From contig JAPMXV010000042.1 in assembly GCA_026936335.1 (NCBI GenBank), forward strand, positions 496,001 through 560,000: 64,000 nt of DNA, in the 5' to 3' direction. Source of the stretch: Mantamonas sphyraenae STR306 (taxonomy: Eukaryota > Protista > CRuMs). A program made the translations under genes and the position numbers. Shown here one piece after another: positions 25,300 through 38,658 of the stretch. The stretch's first letter is position 1, and every line of letters starts with the position of its first letter. The notes beneath the pieces were generated by a model. It was not told the origin of the DNA. It saw only the letters and a list, made by a program, of their open reading frames with translations, and did not search any database.

Positions 25300-25878
25300 T
25301 TATTGAGATGCCGCAGAGCGAGCTCCGTGCTCACTGATGACCCTCTGCAGATCTGTGGTCTCACTCTCTTCCCATGCCACCACGGCGTTGGCGAGAGCCA
25401 GACCGGCCACGGCGAGGCCGGCACCGACGGGTGCGTCTGTGTGCACAAGGAGCGCAGGAAGGATGCATACGAGGCAGGTTGCCGGGTAGGATGTGAGTAT
25501 TGGGCGATTGTGGGCCAAAGAGGCCTCTCCATACGTCAGCGTGCAGCCGTGCGGAGCCGCGAGAGGGCCTTTGCGGTGAAGCGGTCCGGCGGCGGGCGAC
25601 GTGCTGGACGCGCTCCTGCATACACACAACACACACACACACACACACGAGGCACAGATGAGTCGTGATATGGCACAGACGCACGGCGTTGTGTGTGTGT
25701 GTTTAACCACGCCGCCCCCTACACGCTGTGTGTGTGTTGCCAGGCCAGGAAAGGAACCACATCACACATGTGTGGCTTTTAACTCACTGGCCATCGGCGG
25801 CAGACGGCGCACGGCATTGCTGAACACATGGACTCCCACGCCCATGCCAGCTCCCACAATGGATGAAACAACAGGCAT
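25300..25878 (-). CDS. NDUFC2: Complex I accessory subunit B14.5b/NDUFC2-like; intron 25437-25787
   Basis: Spliced MPVVSSIVGAGMGVGVHVFSNAVRRLPPMANAPVGAGLAVAGLALANAVVAWEESETTDL aligns without gaps to plant-type B14.5b as recalled (GA.LG.G...YSNALRKLP.M...N....W). Two TM helices. Confidence 0.8.
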
Positions 25879-25944
25879 TCTCTCTTGTCTTTCGATGCCT
25901 GCGCTGGCGCCTCCAAAAAAGAAGAGCACCCGGCAACAACAACC

Positions 25945-27176
25945 ATGAGCGTCGCGGCGGCTGAGGACGAACGCGAAGTGCTCGCCACATTCAAGCTGCT
26001 CACGTACAATCTGTTCCTGCGTCCCCCTCTGGTGCGCAACACCTCTGGCTTTGGCATCTACGACTACAAGGACGAACGCCTGGAGCTGTTCAAGGCCGAG
26101 GCCGAACGCTTCGACGTGATGTGCTTCCAGGAACTGTTTGGGTACGCCTCTTCCCGCCGTGCAAACTTCCTTGTGTGGGCCGAGGAGAACGGCTATCCGT
26201 ATTCGGTGGTGTCGCCTGTGCCCACCATCTTCTCTGGCCGCCTTGTCGACGGTGCCACAGCCATCGTCTCGCGCTACCCAATTGTGGCCAACGACATGAT
26301 TACCTTTGAGGCCGGCGTCCAGAGCGATGCCCTCGCTGCAAAGGGCTGTCTCTACGCAAAGATCCTTGTGGGGAACCGTCTGCGAGGCACCTTGCCCAAT
26401 GTGCCCCTTACTGGCTGTGCCAAGTGCTGCTGCCGTTGCTGCTGCATCGAGAACAACACCGAACCTCGCTACGACGCCGAGAACGTCGTTGGCACGGACC
26501 CGCAAGGACCCGCCTCCAAAAAGGTTGACCACGCCGTCCTCCACCTCTTTACCACACACACACAGGCCTCGTACAGTTCCAACGACGACAACACGCCCAA
26601 CGAGGAGGCCCGCCGCGCTCAGTGTCAGGAGATTGCTGCCTTTGTGGCTGCCAAGACTGCTGACGCCGACCCCAGCGACCTCGTCATGCTCTGTGGCGAC
26701 ATGAACGTCGACTCAAACCCGGTCAAGGACAAGGGCAAGTTTCCGTCCGCTGATTCCCAGATGCAGCCCGTTACGGAGTACCTGGAAATGATGCAGAGCC
26801 TGGTTGTTGAGAACCGCCAGCTCAAAGACATCCTCTACCTCCGCTACGGCTACCACCCGGTTACCTTTGGCGACGAGGCGGAAGACGGCAATCCCAAGGA
26901 GACTGTGCTCACCGTGGAGGATGCCCAGGGTGCCAAGGAGAGCCTGGACTACATCTTTCACTTTGAGCAGGAAGCTGAGCATGAGCCGGAACAGCTATTT
27001 CTCCAACCCGTGTTGGATACGTGCACCGTCGAACCGTTTTATGTCGAAGGCAAGAGCTTTGGCCAGCTCAGCGACCACTACGGCGTCTCTGTGGACATCC
27101 AGCTGCTGCAGGAGCCCGAGGAAGTGGAGAAGCCACTGGAAGAACGGCCCCAGAGGATCTGGACCAAAATGAATGA
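25945..27176 (+). CDS. EEP-fold phosphodiesterase, neutral sphingomyelinase-like; true stop probably 27174-27176 after a -1 shift at ~27143
   Basis: LLTYNLFL, FQELF, SRYPI, DALAAKG, HLFTTHTQA, CGDMN, LDYIF, LSDHYGV. The ORF-track extension to 27912 is antisense to CEP44. Confidence 0.85.
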
Positions 27177-27195
27177 AATTGAACAAACCATCGTT

Positions 27196-28801
27196 TCATC
27201 GTGCTCCCGTGCGTGTCAACGATGCTCCCAACGCACTCTCGGTGCTGGCAAATTCCATGTCCAGCTGCGACAACAGCGCGTCTGCGCTCTCCTCTGCACC
27301 TCCGCCACCTCCGTACTTGTTCAGAATGTCCAAATAATTGAACGACGACGACGATGGAGAGGAAGATGTCTCCTCCTGTGCTGCCACATTAACCTCCGCA
27401 TACTCTACCGCCTGCCCTGTGGCCTTGTCGTCGTCGCCAAAGCTGTTCCCGGCCGCAGACTCCAGACTCTCGTCCACCATCTGTCGTACCTCATCGTTCT
27501 TCATGTACATGTCAAACAGCTGCTGCTGCTGAGCAGAGACCCCGTTGACCCCAGTGTCCGTCTCGCCTTGATGCGGTTGCGCCTGCTGTGTCTGTGGTTT
27601 CGCAGGCCAGCTGCTTCCCGAGCTTGTCTTGCTCGCCATCGACCGTGCCGTCGCCCCGTCCTCCTCGACCCCACCGTTTCCGCCCGCATGGCTTTCCATC
27701 ATCTTCATCCTGTTCTCCAGCAGGGTCACCTTTGCGTTGACGTTGTTCAGCGACGCGTCCATGCGCCTTTCCATCAGTTCCAAGCGGTCGCCAAGACCCC
27801 GTACCTCGTATTGGACGCTCAATACCGCCTGCAACAATTCCTGGTACTGCTGCAACCCATCTCTTTGCATCTGCGTCTGTTTGGTCAACAGACGCACCAT
27901 GCCTGTCTCTAGAGCAGCCCCCGAGCTCGCCCCACCTGCGGCGTCATGCTCTTCCTCCTCCTCCTCTTCCTCCTCTTCCTCATACTCCTCGTCTCCATCG
28001 CTCTCTGCTCCTTCTTCCTCGCCCTTGGATTGCCCACCAGTCCCCTGACGAAACTCAGGCTGTTGGTTGCCCCACGCCTGCCGCCGTTCCGTGTGTTTGA
28101 CAACGTGCACCTGCGGCAACATCCCTTGGCCCTCCTCATCCACCATCTCCTCTTCTTCCACATCTTTGCCCGCACCGCCCCAGCCTGCCTTGGCCATCGA
28201 TGCACGATTTGCTTCCTCCACATCCTTCCTCACTTCTGTGCACACGGCTGCGGCGTCAGTGCCCGCCAACTGCGCGCCAAAACTCTCGCAACCAAAAAAT
28301 CCGCCTGCTGAACTTACTGGCATGCTGCGGGTAGGCCGAGGATCCAGAGACACCCGTGCGCTTGGATGCAGACTTGCTGCTGTGTTTGCTTCCCCCGTGG
28401 TTGCTTCCTCCCTGTTTGGCTGCTCGCACGAGCTTGTTGTGCAACGCGCGCGCTTTGGACACCACATCCAGGGCAAGCTGCACCTTGCGCAACGCGTACT
28501 TCTTGCTCTCAAAGAACTGGTCCACCTTCAACACAGGGTTGTAACCCATCTCGTTGCGCAGCAACTGATACATCCCCTCGACAAAGGCCCGGTCGTTGCG
28601 TCCGTACAGCGTATACCCCTTGTCGGCGAGGAAAGATGCCACTCGCCTCGAGAAGCCAAGCAGCACAAAGTGCAGCACAGGCAACACTCCCTCTGGACTG
28701 CCCTTCCGAAGTGCCTCTTCATCAACGCTGCCGCTGTACCGCAGCTTGCGCAGCTGAACCAACAGTGTTTGGATGGCGTCGTTGACCTTGCTAGAAGACA
28801 T
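27196..28801 (-). CDS. CEP44: Centrosomal protein CEP44 with acidic/coiled-coil C-terminus; frameshift at ~28354
   Basis: N-terminal LRKLRYSGSVDEEALRKGSPEGVLPVLHF...RNDRAFVEGMYQLLRNEMGYNPVL..DQF...ALRKVQL matches the CEP44 domain. Continues into ORF 27196-28512. Confidence 0.82.
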
Positions 28802-28850
28802 CGTGTTTGTTTTTGCCTCACCTGCGCCCTACAGGCTGTCATCACTACCC

Positions 28851-31800
28851 TCACCCTCGGAACTCTGCCACACATCTGGCCAGTGCCTGTGCGTCTGCCT
28901 CCCTGTACGAGCGCACAAACAGTGGCGGAAGCTCGTGCTGCTCGCCCTGGCCAAGCACAGTACGTGCCACCACACGGTGCAGACCGTAGTTGGTCGACGG
29001 TGAGTCAAAGCGTCGCAAACTCGACAGCACAAAGCCCCAGGCTGTCGAGGGCGTCGTCCCCACCTCGGCAAACGTGTCGTCAAACAAGAAGCCGTGGCTG
29101 CGAGCACTCCCCGATCCAGCCTGCTGCTGCACAGCCAGACACTTTAGCGTCAGCGCTTCAAACACCGCCTTGAGATCCATGTTGTACTGCGACGCCACAG
29201 CCATGGCACGCGTGTACTTGCCCCTGCGCAGCAGCGAGTGCATCGTCGACTGCACGCTCACTGCTGCCACCTCGGTTTCGCCCCCCAGATCTACCTGGGC
29301 CATACACAGTTGGAAGCATTTGTCAATGTCCTTGGCCGTCACAATACTCACGCCCCCCGGGACCGTCCCCAGGCTGCTTCCGCCGGCTCCAAGCTGACCA
29401 TCGACGCCAGACACAAGCTCGTCCAGTTCGAAATCGTCCTCCAAATCGCCAGGCTGGCTGACAATGCGCGCCTTGGGTGCCAGCTGCCCTGCAAGCAAAA
29501 GTGGGTTGGACAACGACGATGCCACCCACGCGTACTGTTGCACCATGGCCAAGGCGCAGCTTGTCGCCGCAAACGCAGACGCCTGCCTGCGGTACGCTTC
29601 CACACGGCTCTCCACGTTCTCCTCGTGCCTCACCATGCCCAGTTGGCACGCATACTCGTACATAATGTGTGCAGCGCGCCTGTAGTTGCTGTGCGACACC
29701 AGAAACGCATAGGCCATCTCGTAATGGTTGACGCCCGCAAATCCCACGCCCGACTTGCGAGCCTTTGCCACAAGCACATCCTCCATCACAACCAGCAGAT
29801 CGGTCGTTGCCAGTTGGCACAGCAGCTCCAGCTTGCCCTTCTGGCACAGCAGCACACAGAACCGACGCATGCACTCCTCCTGCCTCGAACGGTCCGGATT
29901 GTTCACAATCGCCGTGTACGCCTCTTCGTACTCGCCCAACTCCATGTGCTGTCTGTACATATTTGACCAGATCATGGCTTGCATCTCCACGTCCCCGTGG
30001 CTCTGTGCCGCTGAAAGCACTCCGCGTGCAAAGTGCACCACAAGCTGCGGCTGCGATTCGCTCTCAAACAGATGCATGATCACCTGGTGGTATTGGCATG
30101 CAATCTTCCAGCTGGCTGTGGCATCTTCCTCGTCCTCCCCTTCGTCGTCGCCTGCCACTTCAGCTACTGCCACAGCTTCGGTGTCCATGCCGTCCAATTC
30201 GTCGTCCTCTTCCTCTTCCTGGTGGTACTCTGTGTACAGGGCACGCACCAAACGCACCAAGTCGTCATTTTCCATGGCCTGGTGCTCGTCGGCGATGCCT
30301 GCTGCTGCGCGTTCAAATCCCCACACAGCTTTGTCCACGTCGCCCTCCGCCGGCACCATGCCGCTCAGCTGCAGCTCCGCCTCGGCCAGCAAAAACTCGT
30401 GCAAGGGTCGCCTGTGGTCCAACAAGTCGATGCACTTGCGCAGCAGCGCCGCCTGCCCAAAGTGGCGCAGTGCAAGCAACAGATCCGTCAAGGCGTCGTC
30501 CTGCAACGAGTCGTGTGCCACCGCGTTGAAGAATGCATCCTGCAGACTGGGCAGCACCAACGAGGCAATTTGATGTCGGGAGAACCGCTCCGTCTGGCCA
30601 AGGTCCACCTGTGTCGCCAGCCACTGCATGGCCTGACCCCTCACTGGGTCTGCCATAAAGTCGTACACGGGAAACAGGATGCTGTGGTCGCCCGGCAACG
30701 GCACAGGTGTTGTCGAGTCCATCACACCGTACGGGTGGGTGCGGTTCAGCGCTGTGTCATGGAGTGCTGCCTGATGCTCCGCACGGCAACCTTGCGTGGC
30801 AAACTGCTCGCTCACATGGAAGAGTACAAAGCGCGCGTTCATCAGGCGCACTGCATGCGGCAACAGCTTCGTCTGGATCACTTCCAGCTGCGACTCGATC
30901 TGTCCGCTTTGTTGTGCGTAGCTCACGCACATGAAGGCTGCCCAGTACACGTTGCGCGTAAACTCGTAGGCGCTGCGTGCTCGCTGACACACGGCCCGCA
31001 CACACACATTGTCAGCCACGCCGTTGGATCGCACAAGCTCCACCTCTCGCTGCAGCGCCTCCAGCTGCGCGTCGTCCACGTGCTCGCTGTGCTCCCACAC
31101 AAGCGGACGGCTCTGGTCGTCCTGCACGAGTTGCAGGCATAGCTGAATGGCACGTGTGCAGTCTTTGATCTGATGCACCAACGACATAAACATCTGCTCA
31201 AACTTTCGGACGATAGAATGCCTCCAGTCGAGCTCAAAGTCCGAGTGCGTGCCGTCTGCCAAGCCGATGTTGCCCGTCAGCCAGCCAATGTGATCCAGGC
31301 ACGCCTGCCACGGCTCGTCTCCATTCAGCAGGTCGGCGGCAAAGCCGTACTGTGCCGCTTGGCCCGCTGTGACGGCAATGGCGTGCCCCAGGGCGGCAAA
31401 CAGGAGCATGTCCGTGTGCGCTTCGGGCTCGTCGTGCAGCTGGAGCAACTGCGGCACGGTGGCAATACTGCGTGCCACGTCCACGCTGCTCTGCACATGG
31501 GCACTCATTTTGGCCAGGCGCGGCACCTGGCCTCCCGAGGGCGTGACTGCCAGCACGTGTTGCAGCGACTCGAGAATGGACATGGTACGTGTGCACGCCA
31601 TCCCGTTCTCGTACACCAGAATCACCGAGTCGGACATATTGTCCACATGGACTGCCACGCAGGTGCGATCTTGGCGCGTCAACTCGATGCACCGTTCCAC
31701 AAATCCGCTCCAAACATTGTATGCAAGTTGCATCTCCTGCTGGCTGTCCAGGGCATTGGAGTAGCCCAGCATGTGTGAATGCACTGCCTGCTGCAGTACA

Positions 31801-33415
31801 TCCTCAACTGCAGCCCGCAAGGCAGCGCCACGTGCGGCCGATTCAAATTCCAGCTCGGGAAACTGTTCCAGCAGCGCAGCCTGGATGCACTCCTGCGACA
31901 CGGTCTCGTGCGTGTCAAACAGGATTTCCATGAAAAAGTCTTCGGGCGGAGGCACGTCTTGCACGTCGGTGCCATCCACCAGCGGCGTGGTGAGGGTCAT
32001 TCGTGGCGCCGAGTCCAAGTGCACCCGATTCCACACGCTGCACACGCCATCAGACAGATTCTCCTGCAGAGGCGCCTGCAAGACGGTGCTCTGCATGCCC
32101 TCGTCCACCCACAGTGTGTACAAACTGTCCGAGTTTGCACACAGATCCACGAGGACACCCGCTGAACCGGGGTCGCCTAGCGTCAGCGTGTGGGTCGATG
32201 TCAAGCGCGGATCTGCATCCTGAGACGAGGGTGCCCCTGAGACGTGCTTGTGCAGCTGCAGCACCTTGATGCTGTGATGCACGTGCTCCCCCTGGCGTTG
32301 GTCCAGGTAGACAAAGAGGTTGGCTGCGTGCTCCCCTTGGTTGTCCTGCAGGTGCATGCGCATGGAAACGGCAGGCAAATCGGTCTCTGGGTCAAGAAGG
32401 GCGACCGAATGGAGCACCTTTTGGCTGTGGGGCGACCAGATGGTGAGCACGGCCGCGTCGTTCAGGGCGAGTAGCACGCCGCCCCATGGCAGCATCTGCA
32501 CGACGTCGGGCAACTCGACAGTGCTGGAAAAGGAGTTGAAAAGGTTGCTCCACAGACTTTGGGCCTGCTGTGTAAGGCAGGTGGGTTCCACGACGAGCTG
32601 GTCGTGCCCGTCGTGGGTTGACGCGTGCATGGGTGCAAAGCGAAGCAGCAGGATGCTGTCGTTGTCTGTGCCCAATGCCACAGTGTTGTCTTGCACCAAT
32701 GAGAAGGTGGTGATGCCCCGTGCCGTCTGGGCATCCAGAAACACGCAGTGCAGCGGCTGATCAAACAGCTCGAGGAAGCCTGCCTGCTGCCTCACAAGCT
32801 CCTCCAGAACAGACAGCGCCGCGACGTCGTATTCAGCCATTCCCATATCCTGTGGACATAGGACATGGATGTGGAGTGGTCGCGCATGGTCCATGTGCGC
32901 ACACATGCGTGTGCACAGGGCGGCGGAGGACGTGTGAGCGTGTGCAAAAGGGCCGAGGGTGGAAAGCGCGCGATCTCCATGCGACGCGGACGTACCTTTT
33001 CCAGCCGCACGTCGCTGGGACTGGCCAGAGGGATGCGATACACCGCACCAGCCAAGGTGGCCACCATGAGTTGCACCACATGGCTTCCAGAAGCGTCGTA
33101 GAATGTGCTGATGGCCACGTCGGGCAGGATGGGTGCGTCAAAGTGCAACGCAACGTGGTTGTGCATCAGAGTAAGGCTGGTGCTCACTTCCCACACCTCC
33201 AACGTTGTGTACTGCGTCACACGCCAGAACAACTGCCGTGTGCACAGCGCATCGTGTTGGAAACTGTGCACAGAAGCAAAGGTGGCCGGCAGCGCCTCCA
33301 GCGCTTCCTCGTCCGCTTCCCACACACATCCGGTGGGCAATGGCACATCCAAATGCACCAGCGTGTCCAAGTGGCACGACGCCGGGCTCAACGGCACTTC
33401 GCACAGGTGCTGCAT
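28851..33415 (-). CDS. NUP160: Nucleoporin Nup160/Nup120; intron 32850-32995
   Basis: N-terminal beta-propeller (RQLFWR...TLEVWEVS). C-terminal WSNMYRQHMELGEYEEAYTAIVNNPDRSRQEECMRRFCVLLC, LVAKAR, YAFLVSHSNYRRAAHIMYEYA. Confidence 0.9.
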
Positions 33416-33488
33416 GGCCGTGTCTTGATCCAGGGTGGGATTTTGTGTGTGCGGCGCCGCCGCGACCAAACACACTTCCAACACAAGC

Positions 33489-36019
33489 ATGGGCTCGTTC
33501 AAAAACAGTTCCTCTTATTACCAGGAAGAGGAAGACGAGACAGACATTGTGTCTGTGGAGGACCGTAGGTTGACGCAAGGTCCTACATGGCACGCGGGCT
33601 CTCTGTGACTCACACCACCACCACTCCCAACTGGACGCTGTAGGCCCGTGGCTGATTCGCAATCTGGTGCGACTGCTGCATTTCATTGTCAGCTTCCTTC
33701 CATGGGATCGCATCAAGCTGTTTGTGCAACGGCTGGACGCGTGGGCAGCACGCGTTGTGGTTGTGCCTGTGCTGACGCTGCTCGACACGTGGCTGCAGCG
33801 TTGCCACGACCTGTCCGCCCATGTGCGCCAGCTACTCGTCGATGCCCAAGAGGCCATTGCCGCGCGTGCAGACTCTTCCATGAACCGCATGTACGACATG
33901 TGTGTGGACGCATGGAACAGCGAAGCCGTGGCTGCGGCCGGCCGAGGAATTCGGCGTTTCCTACGTTTGCTGAAAACCATTCTCGTCAAGGAAAAGAATG
34001 CAGCAGAGTGGCTCATTCGTCGCCTCATCGACTTGTACGACATCATCGACAATCTGGTGGGACGCATGGTCATTGCTGCAAGGCCAGGGTGGGACTTTGT
34101 CACCACGCAGCTTGAACGACTCGACAACGCCGCAAACAATGTCCTCAGCCGTGTCGATGACATCTTGGCTCGCATATACATCGACCATGTCCGACCTGTG
34201 CTGCGTCGCGTGATGCAGCAGCTCGCTACCTGGCGCGACCGTGTGGCAGACCTCCTCGACCGCTTTGATGCCTACATCGGACGACTGCTGTTGGCCACGA
34301 GACGAGAGGTGACCCGGCGTTTCAATCGTGCGCTGGATGTCATCGACGAACGAGTCGTCCAGCCTGGCTACCGTTTGGTGCGCAATGTGCGCCACCGTGC
34401 CAACCAGCTCGACCAAGCCGTGGGTGAGTTCCTGACCTCCATTCGTGCCAGCATTCGCCGCATGTGGCAGTGGCTGTGTGACACCGTGGACAACTGGAGG
34501 CCGAACATGCGCCGGTGGACGGAGCACTTCAACGAGCGCCTGTTCTACCATCTCGACAGGTGGAACACACTCATTTGGAAGCCATACATCCGAGCCTTTC
34601 TTATCGACATGGATGTGTGGGTGGGACGCAATGTGGTGCTTCCGCTGCAAGCTCTGGTGATGGAACGTCTGATGGCCATCGTGCGGCGTCTGGGAGACGC
34701 TGCGTTGGAACGCATCTTGAACGTGATCACATGGATCGACACGTTCCTGGGCCGCTGGCTGGTCCTGCCCCTTATCACGTACGTCGTCACTCCACTGGGC
34801 AGGTTGTACATTAAACTGCTGCTGGTGTGGCTGAGGATCAAGGGCTACGAGCAGAACGGCTACTGGATCAACGTGAAAAAGGGCAAGCTCGTGCGCGAAG
34901 ACCCGTTCCCCAACGGCGACAAGAACCCACACGTGCAGGCTTGGTTCCGCATGACCAACAGGCAAACCTACCGTGTGATGCTGGCCAACACTACGCCGCT
35001 GCGCTGCAACGTCGAGTTGCGCCTCGACGGTCTGCTCGTCGGCAAGTTTCGCCTCAACTCGCGCGACCGTGTCGTCGTCAAGCGACCCGTTGGACAAGAG
35101 GGCAAGTTTGTCTTTGTTGTCCAGGATGGCAACACCGAGGAGTTTCGTGACCGGGTGTCAGCCTCTCGCGGGATCGCGGCCGGCCGAAGCATGAACGGCG
35201 TTATCAACGCCCTGTTTATTCCCGAGCTCGTGACCACCAACGAGAAACGCAAATCAAAAGTGGCCAAGCGTGCGCGCAAAACAGTGCACGGCGTATCCAA
35301 GAAGATGGTGCACAAGGAAGAGGAGAGCGCATCGACGACCTGGCAATCCGCAAAGAGAGACTGCATCATTGGTCAGAGACGTGATTGCCAACACCGATCT
35401 GGGTTTGGGGTCAGACCGCATGTCGGTGAGGGCGACAAGGCGCCAGGCTGCATCAAACGAACCGCTGAGGTTTGCGGCAGACGAGGTGCCCACGTCCTCA
35501 GCTTCCTCCTCATCCTCCTCATCCTCCTCATCCTCTGCTCCGCAAGCACCACCCCCTTCCTCATCATCTTTTGCACAGAGGGGCAGTGCTGCAGGTGGCA
35601 TGCCCGGCAGAAACGGTGTAGAGGACTTGGAGGAGGACGAGATTGAAGAAACTGAACACAGCGACCTTTTTGGCGAGAATACTGCGCAAGGAGAAGAACT
35701 GGAGCTCCACGGGCTGCCTCAAGACGGTGCAGAATTGAGTGACGACGACGACGACGATGGGGATCTGTTTGATGCCACGTCCCGCATGAAGAGCAAGGGC
35801 AAGCAGAAGGCCATCCCGAGCGAGGACGACGAGGAAAGCAGCGACGACGGAGAGGAAGACAACGAAGAGGATAATGAGGAAGAGGAAGAGGAAGGCGCTG
35901 CCCCGAAACTGGGCGCCACAGCTTTCCAGGGAAGGAGCAACCAGAAGTTTGGCAAGGTCAAGAAGATGGCCGTTGATCGCAACAACATGACAAGCATCAC
36001 CGTGCGCCTGTACGCGTGA
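33489..36019 (+). CDS. Uncharacterised protein: long Trp/Arg-rich amphipathic helical region, hydrophobic segment, then a beta-rich domain split by an acidic insert; intron 33565-33643; frameshift(s) at ~35324-35356
   Basis: Exon 1 MGSFKNSSSYYQEEEDE...ED joins RPWLIRNLVRLL in phase. C-terminal pieces are YRVMLAN..PLRCNVELRLDG..VGKFRL....VKRP...GKFVF...NGVINALFIPE and GATAFQGRSNQKF...TSITVRL. Confidence 0.75.
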
Positions 36020-36072
36020 GCAAAGACTTTTCCCTGAGGAATGCAGAGTGTGAAACTGATCGTTCGCTCGCC

Positions 36073-38618
36073 TCATTTTCCACCGAAAGCATGGAGACGC
36101 TCGCCTATCACGCCCAAAGTGGAGTCGCCCGCCATAACAAACGCCAGCGTGCTGTTCTGATCCACAGTGACTTGTCTCTCACGCGCAGGGCCAGCCAAAT
36201 GTTCGCCTGTGCTTGCATCGATGTGACTGGCGTGTGAAGCCGCCGCCGAGTGGCCTGTGGTTTCTTGATCGCCTTCAGCCTCAACGTCCAGCGCTCCAAG
36301 AATGGCCGAGGCAACACTGGGCATCTTGAGCGAGCGGAAAAGTTCGCTGGCACGCTGGACCACTGCAGGATCGTAACAAGCACGGTTCTTGGGCAGCAAG
36401 ATCTTGGCGAGGCAGATGATGACACGTTGCGAAAGATCTTGGCTCTTTGCCGCCAGTTTGGCCAGGGAGGAGAGCACCACAATCATCTGTTGGCTCTCTT
36501 GAGCCACACGCGCATGCTGCTCTCCATGGCTTGTGCGCGCGTCGATGTCGTCCAGCTGTTTCCTGCGTGCGCCGAGGTCAAGCACGGCCAGCGAGGAGCT
36601 CGCGCCGACGACGACGACGCCTGCCCTTGCAGCAACTTCATGGAAGCAGCCCACGCAGGCACCTCTGGCAAACTGCTGGCCGTGGATGAGCCAGACACGA
36701 GTCCGCGAGCCTTGCCCGTGCGCTGCGCGCTCTTTGCCTCCACCGCCATCGTGCTGATCATATCGTATGCCAGCGATTCGAGGTCAGGAAAGTAGAGCTG
36801 AACAAGGTCGACGTCATCGACATACTCCGCCACAATCCAGCTGAGAGCGACAACCATGGGCCGCTTTCGTGCGTCGTGTGCGGTGAGAACGTTGCGGATG
36901 ACCGACTTGCAGCTCGATACGAGCGACGGGAAGCGGTCAAACATGGCCAGCAGGTTGTTAACGAGAAGCGGCGTCACAGATTCAATGTACACGTCCAGAG
37001 GATAGACGGCGCCTACTCGCGAGCAGATGGCGGAGAGCAGCTGCTGAAAGAGCTCCTCGTCGCCGTAGGAAAGCACAACGTCGAAGAACACATGGAGAGC
37101 CGTAGGGACAATGTTGCACACCGCCTGGCAGCGTTTGTGTGGGGATGCATGCCTGTGCAAACGACTCCATGGTGCGAATGGAGCTGGACTGGTCGCCGAG
37201 GTTGAATCGCGGATACTCGGCATCGAATTCCACTGCCCAAAGGTGGGCAAACAGCGATTCGTACGCAAAGCCAGAAAAGGAAAGGTCTCCCTTGGCAAAC
37301 CAGCGCGAGCAGACGCCAATCTCGAGGGCGAGGGTAGTGAGCGGAAGGTCGAGGAGGGCGTGGAAGAGATGCATGACCGTGGACGGGTGCACGAGACAGG
37401 GTAGCAAGTGCAGGAAGGGCAGTTCGTACTGAGGATGCCACGCAGCCATGCGCAGAAAGCAGGGACCAAAGCGGGCAAAGACGTCGTCGAGCTGCAGCAG
37501 TCGCTCGCTGTTGCGGCTGGCAAAGTGAAGCCATTCAAAGGTGAGGCTGGGCTCCCTGAAATTATCCGAGGCGTACTCTGTGAGCAGGCGACACAGGAGG
37601 GGAGTTGTGTATGCGCGGTGGACGTCTTGGACGTCCAGGAGGGAGGCGTGTTCCAGGAGAAAGTCGAGGACGGGAATCGCCACAAAAGGATTGCTGAGCG
37701 AGCCGTGTGTGTTCTGAAGGATGTCACGCACAAGGGGAAACACGTCGGCCACGAGGGAATTGTCCAGACGCAGCAGCTGGTGGAGGATGCACAAACACTC
37801 GCTGACCACGAGGTCCACAAAGCGATGCGTGGAAGGATACATGGGTTGGCGCAAGTCGTGGCTGGGAGTCAACTCGGCCTGGCTGAGCACACGTGTAACG
37901 TAGGCGAGGATGGCGTCCATGAGGCGTGGTTCGAGGTGTGGGCGAGACCTGTGCTCGGCCAGCAGGCGCAACCAGCGACGAAGCACCGAGAATACATACA
38001 CATTGGCCATTTGGTCGTCTTCGAAATGCGACGCATAGTTAAGAAGGGTGAAGAAGCCCGTGCACGTCTCTCCGTCAAGCTCGCTAACGGGGGTGGGTTT
38101 CGGAGGGCCAAACAAGGCTGTGTGCGGCGCGGACGAGTCAGTTGCGGGCGTACGTTGGGATGCGTATTAGCAAATGGGACAAGAATGGCGCATGCACATA
38201 CCCCCAAAGCCAGCAGTGGCCATGACACTCTCTGTGCTTGCCTGGAGCAGCCAGCGTCCGACGAGGAGGGAAAGGGTGTTGAGCATGGGAAGGGCTACGG
38301 GAGAGTCGGTATCGTCGGCAAACAAGTTGGAGCGAGCAAGGACGGCGGTGAGGAGGGCGAGCCCCGGGCTGAAGAGGCTCCAGGAGGGTTTCTTGGCCTG
38401 AAGTTGATCGAGAACAAGCTTGGCCGTCTTTGCACGCAATTGCTCGGCTGGCGTGGTGGCCACGAGGATGCCCAGAAGCATGCGCTGACTGTCTGCTTCA
38501 GTGACCTCAACGCTCTCGGCCACGGGGATGCCATCCTCGGCACGCAGCAGGCCCTTGAGCAGAAAGGCGCAGAGGACGCGAACGCGCATCGACGCCTCCT
38601 CGTCCATCAGCAGCGTCA

Positions 38619-38658
<40 letters not shown>

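Noticed and set aside
27177-27912. C-terminal extension of the 675-aa sphingomyelinase-like ORF
   Set aside because: Antisense to the CEP44 C-terminal region; explained by a missing A near 27143 that bypasses the stop at 27174.
28802-28850. GTGATGA (box C-like) in the NUP160-CEP44 spacer
   Set aside because: No box D or terminal stem, and the space is too short for a snoRNA.
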